Source of the DNA: Thermoplasmata archaeon
GTDB lineage: Archaea; Thermoplasmatota; Penumbrarchaeia; JAEHCK01
Direction: 5' to 3'
Assembly: GCA_020696345.1 (NCBI GenBank)
Contig: JAEHCK010000002.1
Span: 6,057-70,056 of the forward strand
DNA length: 64,000 bases
The notes beneath the pieces are model-generated. The model saw only the letters and a list, made by a program, of their open reading frames with translations. It did not search any database and was not told where the DNA came from. Below are positions 40,511 to 48,630 of this stretch, piece after piece. How positions within the stretch are numbered: position 1 is the stretch's first letter; every line of letters begins with the position of its first letter. Both the position numbers and the translations under genes were made by a program.

Positions 40511-41108
40511 TTATCTCTTTTTTAATAAATTGATAATGCATAGTTAATGTTCTATGCGTAATTGAGATTCGAACCCTAGAAAAAAATATGAATACATTAT
40601 GATTAAATCTTATTTTGTTCTGCCCTAAAAATTCCTTCAATAAGAAATTGGAAATAAATGGAATTTTTACGACTCGGTTACGAATCCCGACGGGAGCATT
40701 ATCTATCTTTTAATGAATTGATAATGCATAGTTAATGTTCTGTGCGTAATTGGGATTCGAACCCTAGAAAAAAATAAGAAGGAATTATAATTGAATCTTA
40801 TTTTTTTCTTGAGCTAAAAATTCCGATGATTTGATATTGAATAGGATTGGAATTTTTACCTCTCGGGTTTGAATCCATTTGTTGTATTAAGATATAATCT
40901 GAAAATGTATTGTCCTCACATATCATTACAATTGTTCGATCGTTTAAACAAAATAATCCTCAGAGAACGAGCAGGCTTATCCCAGAGTTTTGGGATGAGC
41001 GTAAAACTTTTTGCGAGGGGTAAGCCAGCGGAGTTAACTGCCAAAAAGTTTCCGTTCGAATCCCGACGGGAGCATTATCTCTTTTTTAATGAATTGATAA
41101 TGCTTAGT
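40483..41108 (+). repeat. Array of tRNA-Glu 3'-end direct repeats
   Basis: T-arm copies at 40490, 40678, 40867 (truncated, degenerate) and 41054. Units 1 and 2 are similar throughout. Confidence 0.88.
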
Positions 41109-41151
41109 ACTACTTTATTAGTTGAAAAATTTAATGAATTATGCATGGAAA

Positions 41152-41482
41152 ATGGTGGATGGTGAATTAGGTGTGAGGAGAAAGGAAAGAGGGAGGTGGG
41201 AAGAGGAAAGAGGGTTGAAATCTTGTCGTTAAAACCCACTTTCCACTAACGATTTAAATCATAATCGCTGAGAAGTGTCCTCTTCCCACTTTCCTATCAC
41301 CTACTACCTATCACCTACTACCTATCACCTACCACCTACCACCTACCACCTAATTTTAATCTACACATCAACATAATTTTCCTCTCACCTCAAGCGAACG
41401 CAGTGAGCGTACTCTCACCTCAAACCTCACTAAGCAACAATCAAGCACATTTTGCCCTTAAAATTACCAACCATTCACCATT
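41152..41482. repeat. Nested palindromic periodic element
   Basis: Outer arms atggtggatggtgaatt / aattaccaaccattcaccatt. Inside: the 39627-type element, ~8 (acct-atc/act/acc) heptamers and cctctcacctcaagcgaacgcagtgagcgtactc. Confidence 0.8.
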
Positions 41483-41583
41483 TTTATATCCAATAAAAAT
41501 TGAGAAATGAACCAGATAAATTAATATAGAATCATGCCATCCTTGAGAGATATCTTTGATAGAAAATCATACGAGGAATACTA

Positions 41584-41691
41584 TTGAAACGTGGTTCACG
41601 AGCCTGGAAGAAAAAAGGTAAACAACGCTGGAAATGGCGAAAGAAAAAGATGCGAAGGCGAAAGCGCAGTGCACGACGACAAAAGTCATAA
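41584..41691 (+). CDS. rpl41e: Ribosomal protein eL41 / aS32
   Basis: Not in track. TTG start after GAGGA; MKRGSRAWKKKGKQRWKWRKKKMRRRKRSARRQKS*; followed by a T-tract. Confidence 0.9.
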   Translation: MKRGSRAWKKKGKQRWKWRKKKMRRRKRSARRQKS

Positions 41692-41786
41692 ACTATTTTT
41701 TTTAGTTCTTCTATCCCACTTAAGGGATAAAGAAAAGTTTCATAGTGATTTGTATAGTTTTGAGTTTCAGGTTTAAAAATGACAAA

Positions 41787-41878
41787 TTCCAATTCCCTAC
41801 TCAACAATAATAATTCCATTCCCTACTCATCGATATTACTTCCATTCCCTACTCAGCTATATATTAGCCATTCCCATT
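41787..41878. repeat. ~26-27-nt tandem repeat (ttccattccctactca)
   Basis: Three clear and one partial unit. The reverse complement resembles 46487-46535. Confidence 0.75.
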
Positions 41879-42014
41879 GAATCAATTAATAAGTTTATTA
41901 TTATTCCCAAACTCTACACCTGAAACTTGAAACTTCTTATCACATTAACATCGGGAATTAATTTAAATATTAATTTTGATATATGTGGTTCGTCTACCTA
42001 TACAACCAAACTGT

Positions 42015-42259
42015 GGGAGTATGGGGTAACCCGGCAGCCTAGTGGGCTCCAGTTATGGAGTAACTAAATAATTTAGTTGCCCTACTAATGATCCATTAGG
42101 GATGATGACCAACGGGTCTGCTGAAGTTAAGTCCAAGACACCAATTCTTGCGTGTCGATGATGACTAACTGGAGCGATGACCTATTAAAATGTTCCTTAC
42201 TATGTTTGGAACATTTCAGGTGATACCCGCCGATCTGGGTTCGAATCCCAGTACTCCCA
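42015..42259 (+). tRNA. tRNA-Trp(CCA) with 172-nt intron (42053-42224)
   Basis: Acceptor GGGAGTA/TACTCCC; GTGGG-CT-CCA-G|intron|A-CCCGC; T-arm CTGGG-TTCGAAT-CCCAG. Confidence 0.93.
42097..42184 (+). ncRNA. Intron-encoded box C/D guide RNA (predicted Cm34 and Cm39 of tRNA-Trp)
   Basis: C ATGATGA 42102, D' CTGA 42121, C' ATGATGA 42158, D ATGA 42177, terminal stem tagg/ccta. Guides CGGGTCTG and TAACTGGAGC place the D+5 base on C39 and C34. Confidence 0.9.
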
Positions 42260-42396
42260 CTCTTCTTTTTTTGAAAAAAAAATGTTGGGAAGTCATGAGT
42301 CGAGGGTCCAGATTCATGATTTATTTTTCAAAGTTTCTTGACTACCTGACTCTCAACTCACCGAGTCTTGACTAATAATTACAAAGTAATCTAAAT

Positions 42397-43680
42397 TTAC
42401 TCGTACTTCAGCTCTTTCAATATCTCCTGCGCCCTGTCCACCCGCACCTTCTTTTCTTTTAACATTATCCCAACCACTTTTTCCACCAACTCTGGCGGTG
42501 CACCGGCGGTAACCGCAACATTACGCGCGTGCAGCCGCATATGGCCGTGCTGTATCCCGGTGGTGGCCAGTGCGCGCAGTGCACCCAGATTTTGTGCCAG
42601 GCCGATGGTTGCAACGATCTCGCCCAGCTCGTTCGCACTTTTCACACCGAGGATCTTTACATTGGTCCGTGCAGTGGGGTGTACCTTTACGGCCCCACCG
42701 ATCAGCCCCACCGCCATTGGAACTTCGATGGTTCCGATCAGATCACCCTCGGAATCCCTCTTCCACTCGGTAAGCGGCTGGTAGCCCTTTAACGCTGCAA
42801 ATGCATGCGCACCTGCCTCAATGGCCCGGAAGTCGTTACCGGTGGCAATGATCACTGCATCGATGCCGTTCATTATGCCCTTGTTATGTGTAGCACATCT
42901 ATACGGGTCGGCCTTTGCAAACGTGTAAGCTTCAAGAATGCCGTCGATCACTTCCTCACCGTTCTCGCCGCCGATCACCTCAGGTGTTACCTTAACTCGT
43001 GCACGTGCTAGACGATAACTTGCAAGGTTGGATAATATGCGCAGGTACACACGTCCACCCGTGAGCTGTTCTAACTGTGGTGCGAGTGCTTCGGCCATGG
43101 TATTGACCGCGTTTGCGCCCATGGCGTCGCGGCAGTCCACCAAAATATGCGTGATCACCATCGGCCCCAGCTCTGTATCCAAAACCCGAACCTCCAGGTC
43201 ACGCGCACCGCCGCCAAACTTCACCAGCATGGGGTCCTGGGCGCTCGCCAGCTGGATCAGATCACTCTTGGCGTCCAAGATCTTTTCTTTGGCCTCTTGC
43301 GGGTTATCCACATTTGTCAACTGTATCTGCCCGATCATGATCGGGTCAGTGCTGCTGGTGGTAAACCCACCGCATTTCCTGGTCAATTTTCCCATGTTGG
43401 AAACCGCTGCGATCACCGAGGGCTCTTCGGTTGCCATTGGGATCACATAGTCTTTACCATTTATCAGAAAGTTCACCGCCACGCCCAGCGGCAGTTCCAT
43501 CACACCGATGACGTTCTCCACCATGCCATCTGCTTTTTCGATGCCAAGACTGCCCGGTGTGCTGATATTTTTCGCCTCTTCCTCAGATAACCCGGCAAAT
43601 TCGGTCACGAACTTTAAACGTTCTTCGGGTGTTAATTTATAAAATCCTGAATACTCTGATGATTTTGTCATTTTCATCAC
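42397..43680 (-). CDS. mvaA: HMG-CoA reductase, class II
   Basis: ENVIG, PMATEEPSVIAA, DAMGANAVNT, ILSNL, ATHNKGIMNG, GNDFRAIEAG, GIQHGHMRLH. Confidence 0.95.
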   Translation of the reverse strand: MMKMTKSSEYSGFYKLTPEERLKFVTEFAGLSEEEAKNISTPGSLGIEKADGMVENVIGVMELPLGVAVNFLINGKDYVIPMATEEPSVIAAVSNMGKLTRKCGGFTTSSTDPIMIGQIQLTNVDNPQEAKEKILDAKSDLIQLASAQDPMLVKFGGGARDLEVRVLDTELGPMVITHILVDCRDAMGANAVNTMAEALAPQLEQLTGGRVYLRILSNLASYRLARARVKVTPEVIGGENGEEVIDGILEAYTFAKADPYRCATHNKGIMNGIDAVIIATGNDFRAIEAGAHAFAALKGYQPLTEWKRDSEGDLIGTIEVPMAVGLIGGAVKVHPTARTNVKILGVKSANELGEIVATIGLAQNLGALRALATTGIQHGHMRLHARNVAVTAGAPPELVEKVVGIMLKEKKVRVDRAQEILKELKYE

Positions 43681-43751
43681 TTTTTTTTCTTGTGAAATTA
43701 TTTATTATATTTTATCTATATTTTATGAAATTCCAATATACTATGGAACCA

Positions 43752-43875
43752 AGGGTCAGGGGTAAGGAGTTAGGGGATCGGGGTGAGGTTAATGTGATTA
43801 ATTTTTAGATTTGGTTTTTGGGCTTTTCTTAGGGTTTTGTCGTATTTGGATTTGGGGACTCCCGACTCTCGACTT
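43752..43875. repeat. Heptamer-periodic inverted-arm element
   Basis: agggtca ggggtaa ggagtta gggga...gactccc gactctc gact. A related arm pair lies at 42290-42375. Confidence 0.6.
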
Positions 43876-43883
43876 ATACTTGT

Positions 43884-45437
43884 TCACATTGGAATAATTC
43901 CATGCTTACGCTTCGGTGGTTGTGCATCTTTTGATTCATAATGTCTAAACCTAAATATCAATTCCTTTCGTAAATTTGCGGGCTCCACCATACCATCCAC
44001 AATAAGCTCGCTGGCCAGTTTATAGATATCGATATCATCCCGATACTCTTTACGCAGTTTTTGAATTAGTGCTGGCCGTTCATCTTTCGGTACTTGAACG
44101 ATCTTATTATAGAACACCGCATTTATAGCGGCTTCCGGGCCCATGACCGCGATCATGGCGGTTGGCAGCACAAGACAGCTATCCGGTTCATACCCCGGAC
44201 CAGCCATGGCGTATAACCCGGCGCCATACGCTTTTCGGACGATCACCGATATCTTTGGCACCGTGGTCTCGGAGACTGCAAATATCATCTTGGCCCCGGC
44301 ACGAATTATACCGCCGCGCTCCACATCTGTTCCGATCATGAAACCTGGTACATCAGCCAGAAATAATAGAGGAATATTGAATGCATCGCACATCTCAATA
44401 AATCTCGCACCTTTATTTGCAGACTCAGAGAACAACACACCGCCCTTAACCGCCGGTTGGTTTGCTATTACACCGATCGACTTACCCTCAAGCCGGGCAA
44501 GACCTGTGATTATTTCAGGTGCGTAGAGTTTCTTTATATCGAAGAATGAATCCTTATCCACAATTCGCTCGATCAGTTCATACATGTCAAAAGGCAGATT
44601 TTCATTCTCTGGCAATATCTTTGAGATCTCTTCGGTAGGTTTACTGGGTTCAAGATTCAATAACGGTGCTGGCTTTTCATTGTAATTCTGTGGAAAATAT
44701 GTGATGTATCGACGTGTCAGGTTTATTGCCTCTTCTTCGGTTTTTACCAATATATCACCCATGCCGCTGACCGTGCAGTGCATTCTTGCCCCGCCCATCT
44801 CTTCGAGCGTAACCTTTTCTCCTATCACCATCTCCGCCATGCGCGGTGAACCCAGGTACATGCTGGCATTACCCTCGACCATGATCACGATATCGCAAAA
44901 TGCGGGTATATAAGCGCCGCCCGCCGCTGACGGGCCGAACAAACAACATATCTGCGGTATAACACCGGACAGGTTAGCTTCGTTGTAGAAGATCCGCCCG
45001 GCTCCGCGCCGACCCGGGAACATATCTATCTGATCAGTGATCCTTGCACCGGCAGAATCCACTAAATATATGAGCGGCACCTTTAATCTTGAAGCGGTTT
45101 CCTGGATGCGCAGTATCTTTTCAACGGTTCGCTTTCCCCATGAACCGGCTTTTACGGTTGAATCGTTCGCCATCACACAGGTTACCCTATTATGGATCTT
45201 ACCAACAACGGTGATAACACCATCTGCGGGTAATGTCTCATCCATACAGTTCGCTAACAACCCATCCTCCAATTGAAATTCCGGGTCTAGCAAGAGTTCC
45301 AGTCGCTCACGGACGAATAGTTTATTCTGCGCCTTCAATTTTTGATGATATTTATCGGCGCCACCTTTTTTTATACGTTCGACCTCGTCAACAACTTCCT
45401 TTTCATTTACCGTGTCTTTGCACTCCTGTTCAACCAT
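43884..45437 (-). CDS. Acyl-CoA carboxylase carboxyltransferase subunit (methylcrotonyl-CoA carboxylase beta-like)
   Basis: ANDSTVKAGSWG, LVDSAGARI, GPSAAGGAYIPA, EEMGGARMH, ADVPGFMIG, RKAYGAG, KHGIIPM. Confidence 0.92.
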   Translation of the reverse strand: MVEQECKDTVNEKEVVDEVERIKKGGADKYHQKLKAQNKLFVRERLELLLDPEFQLEDGLLANCMDETLPADGVITVVGKIHNRVTCVMANDSTVKAGSWGKRTVEKILRIQETASRLKVPLIYLVDSAGARITDQIDMFPGRRGAGRIFYNEANLSGVIPQICCLFGPSAAGGAYIPAFCDIVIMVEGNASMYLGSPRMAEMVIGEKVTLEEMGGARMHCTVSGMGDILVKTEEEAINLTRRYITYFPQNYNEKPAPLLNLEPSKPTEEISKILPENENLPFDMYELIERIVDKDSFFDIKKLYAPEIITGLARLEGKSIGVIANQPAVKGGVLFSESANKGARFIEMCDAFNIPLLFLADVPGFMIGTDVERGGIIRAGAKMIFAVSETTVPKISVIVRKAYGAGLYAMAGPGYEPDSCLVLPTAMIAVMGPEAAINAVFYNKIVQVPKDERPALIQKLRKEYRDDIDIYKLASELIVDGMVEPANLRKELIFRFRHYESKDAQPPKRKHGIIPM

Positions 45438-45438
45438 A

Positions 45439-46221
45439 TTATTCACCTTTGAATACTGGTTTGCGCTTCTCCTTGAATGCCGCTAACGCCTCCAGACGGT
45501 CCTTTGTAGGGATACATACTTCATAGGCTTCGGATTCTATCACTAGCCCTCGGCCAATATCCACATCCAATCCTTGGTTTACCGCGATCTTTGCCTGCTG
45601 GATCGCAATTGGAGAATTATTGCAGATTTTTTCGGCCATCTCCATGGCAAATTCCATTAATTTACCCTCTGGTGCGATACGATTGATAAGACCTATCTCA
45701 AGTGCCTCTTGAGCTGTCAATTGAAGTCCGAGAAACAGCATCTCCTTTGCTTTTCCGCGTCCGACCAGCCTCGGCAGTCGCTGGGTGCCGCCACCACCAG
45801 GGATTATGCCAAGTGTGACCTCGGTGAGGCCCATTCTTGCATTCGGTGAAGCGATCCGGATATCACAAGCAAGTGCAAATTCCAAACCGCCGCCCAATGC
45901 AATACCGTTTATCGCACAGATCACAGGTATTGGTAGGTTCTCAATATTTGTGAAAGTATCTCGAATGGTGTGTATGTATTGTCGCACTTCTGACATTGTC
46001 ATATTTTCACGCTCTTTCAGGTCGGCACCGGCACAGAATGCTTTATCACCTGTACCTGTTATTATTACAACCCGAATATCTCTGTCGTAATTCAGTTCTT
46101 TAATAAATTTTGCACCAGCAGCTAATGTTGACCTATCAAGCGCGTTCATTCGCTCGGGTCTGTTCAAGGTTACGATCAGGATATGCCCTTTACGCTCGGT
46201 TAAAATTGAATCTTCAGTCAT
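45439..46221 (-). CDS. Enoyl-CoA hydratase family (methylglutaconyl-CoA hydratase-like)
   Basis: [58 protein letters not shown]. Confidence 0.9.
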   Translation of the reverse strand: MTEDSILTERKGHILIVTLNRPERMNALDRSTLAAGAKFIKELNYDRDIRVVIITGTGDKAFCAGADLKERENMTMSEVRQYIHTIRDTFTNIENLPIPVICAINGIALGGGLEFALACDIRIASPNARMGLTEVTLGIIPGGGGTQRLPRLVGRGKAKEMLFLGLQLTAQEALEIGLINRIAPEGKLMEFAMEMAEKICNNSPIAIQQAKIAVNQGLDVDIGRGLVIESEAYEVCIPTKDRLEALAAFKEKRKPVFKGE

Positions 46222-46331
46222 TTTCTATCCCCCCGGTGGGAAGCCCAAGAAATATCTTTTACTTCAAAACTTTTAATGCCCATTATTAAAGTTAATAGAT
46301 AATAATTTATCGGTTTTGTGATGACGCATAT

Positions 46332-46453
46332 TAGAATGTGGGAATGTGATGATCTTTTGTAGAATATGGGAATGTGATGGTTTTTTGTAGAATGTGGGAA
46401 TGTGATACTTGTTTGTAGAGCATGGGAATGGGGAATGTGATTAGTTGATGATG
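46332..46453. repeat. 28-nt tandem repeat (tagaatgtgggaatgtgat + variable 9 nt)
   Basis: Three full and one partial unit. gggaatgtgatt(a/g)gttgatgatga is shared with 13017-13040. Confidence 0.85.
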
Positions 46454-46796
46454 ATTATGGGATTGGGTAATGCGATTTATTCCTACTGAGCAGGGGAATG
46501 TGATTTATTATTACTAAGCAGGGGAAAGGAAATGGCCATTTAATTTCCTATTCCCTTATCATCTTAATTTGATCCAGTACCTTATCATTAATATTTATTC
46601 CATTCCCTATTAAAAATCTGAATTTATAAAAAAATGCGATATTTATTGATCGTTTTACATAGCATTTTTTAATTAGTAAGATTTAAATAAATTTAGTGAA
46701 TGTAAGAATGAAAAACAGGGGATTAGAATCTTAGGATAATAGAATAAAATAATATATAAAATTCATAAGTATTCTAATAATTCAACTCAAACGAGT

Positions 46797-47720
46797 GTGA
46801 TGGCCATGCCATGCCATAATGAAGAGCTCAAACAAAAGATCAAAACGCTGAAAGCCCGGAAGAACGCGGTTCTTTTAGTACATAATTATCAACGCCCCGA
46901 GATCCAGGACGTTGCCGATCACTTAGGTGATTCACTGGGTTTGAGCATAAATGCCACAAAGACCGATGCAGATGTGATCGTGTTCTGTGGTGTGGATTTC
47001 ATGGCGGAAAGTGCAAAGATATTAAACCCCTCAAAGATCGTGGTTCACCCAAATGCGGCTGCAGTATGCCCCATGGCCGCCATGGTTTCTGCGGAGGATG
47101 TGCGGGAGTTATTATCCACCCACCCAAAAGCTGAAGCCGTGGCATATGTCAATACTTCTGCGGATGTCAAGGCTGAAGTGGATATATGTTGTACTTCTGC
47201 AAACGCCGTAAAGGTGGTTGCCAGCCTGGCCGCACCAGAAGTGATCTTCGTACCCGATGTCAATTTGGGTTTATATGTCAAACGTTTTGTGTCCGATAAG
47301 GAATTTCATTTTTCATCAGGGTACTGCCATGTACATCAGGGTATAATGAGGTCCGAGTTGGAAATCCTCAAAAAAGCACACCCTGACGCTGAGATATTGG
47401 TCCATCCCGAATGTATACCCGAAGTGATCGATTTCGCAAATTTTGTATTTTCCACTGAAGGCATGGCACGTCATGTTAAAACCTCGGAGGCAAGTGAGTT
47501 CATAGTAGGCACCGAGAAAGAGCTGTGCTACCGCCTGGAAAATGAGAACCCGGGCAAGATCTTCCATCGTGTAGATTCTGCACTCTGTCCTGCAATGAAA
47601 CAGATCACGCTCGAAGATGTATTGCACAGCCTGGAGTCGCTCACACCCAGAATTGAACTCGACCACGGCATCATAGAAAAAGCAAAAAGGCCGTTACAAA
47701 GAATGATCGATCTGGCATGA
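46797..47720 (+). CDS. nadA: Quinolinate synthase
   Basis: VHNYQ, GDSLGL, FCGVDFMAESAK, CPMA, YVNTSA, CTSANA, CHVH, HPEC, CPAMK. Confidence 0.96.
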   Translation: MMAMPCHNEELKQKIKTLKARKNAVLLVHNYQRPEIQDVADHLGDSLGLSINATKTDADVIVFCGVDFMAESAKILNPSKIVVHPNAAAVCPMAAMVSAEDVRELLSTHPKAEAVAYVNTSADVKAEVDICCTSANAVKVVASLAAPEVIFVPDVNLGLYVKRFVSDKEFHFSSGYCHVHQGIMRSELEILKKAHPDAEILVHPECIPEVIDFANFVFSTEGMARHVKTSEASEFIVGTEKELCYRLENENPGKIFHRVDSALCPAMKQITLEDVLHSLESLTPRIELDHGIIEKAKRPLQRMIDLA

Positions 47721-47791
47721 TCGATGTTATTTATATTAACTGCACTTTTGCGTTTTGATTGGATAGAATAATAATTTTAGTTCAACGAGAT

Positions 47792-47920
47792 GGTCGATCG
47801 GTCAGCTAGTCAGTTAGTCAGCTAGTCAGTTAGTCAGCTAGTCAGCTAGTCAGTTAGTCAGTTGGTCGACTAGTCAACTGGCAGACCGATCGACCGATAG
47901 ACCGGCAGACTGGTGGACTA
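47792..47920. repeat. Octamer-periodic palindromic element
   Basis: Eight gtcag(c/t)t(a/g) units, then inverted gacc/gact octamers. ggtcgatcggtc (47792) pairs with gaccgatcgacc (47884). Confidence 0.9.
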
Positions 47921-48054
47921 CATCTCAACACCTATAATTCCATCACCATTAGCTCAATCTACTATTCAATCAGCTAACTTACTCTCTACTATTTATTTGA
48001 AAACGCAAAACTTCAATTATATTAAAATATATTCTCATTATTTGGTGGTAAGAC

Positions 48055-48444
48055 TTGACAGATTATTCCAAGGCATCAGAAGTAAGAACCGAGAAAGTGG
48101 AGGGTCATGAAATAATTGCATTTCCCACAAATGGCCATCAACCTGAAATTGAATGGGAATACCCGGAATTCCAGTGCCTCTGCCCGGTTTCCAGTCGACA
48201 TGATCAGGGCATTGTACTTATCAGATATTCTCCCAATAAAAAAATACTGGAGAGCAAGTCTGTGCGTGAATACCTATCGCTGTGGCGTAATAAACACATC
48301 TGGCAAGAATACGTGACCGAAGAGATAGCTGAAACATTATATCGAGCTTGCGCTCCAAAGTGGCTGATCTTGGAGATCGAATGGGCGCCGCGAGGTGGTA
48401 TTGCTGCAAGAACCATATCTAAAAAGGGAGATATTGATAAATAA
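48055..48444 (+). CDS. QueF / QueF-like T-fold protein (unimodular)
   Basis: PEFQCLCPV...D, ESKS, QE, PRGGI; TTG start. Catalytic Cys and Asp present. Confidence 0.8.
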   Translation: MTDYSKASEVRTEKVEGHEIIAFPTNGHQPEIEWEYPEFQCLCPVSSRHDQGIVLIRYSPNKKILESKSVREYLSLWRNKHIWQEYVTEEIAETLYRACAPKWLILEIEWAPRGGIAARTISKKGDIDK

Positions 48445-48630
48445 CTTTGTCTGACATAATTAATGATTATTTATACAAAAATATTTATAAGGTTTAAAGA
48501 TATCAAGACGCAAGTCCCAGAATAAATAATGAACTGATGAAAAATTGAGTTTACCTATCGGGAGATATTGGAGAACTTTTAATTTAAGGGATAATTAATG
48601 TTTGTTTACAAATGATCGGAGGTTTTTACC

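Noticed and set aside
40965-41058. Hammerhead ribozyme on the minus strand
   Set aside because: GAAA and stems are present, but the core reads CTGCTCG instead of CTGATGA and junction lengths do not fit.
40510-41108. Intact provirus or integrative element at tRNA-Glu
   Set aside because: att-like repeats are only ~188 nt apart, with no integrase or cargo genes.
40283-41165. Short ORFs over the tRNA-Glu region
   Set aside because: They overlap the tRNA and repeats and have no protein-like motifs.
41532-41819. Track ORFs 41532..41819 (-) and 41591..41776 (+)
   Set aside because: Shadows of the real eL41/aS32 gene at 41584..41691.
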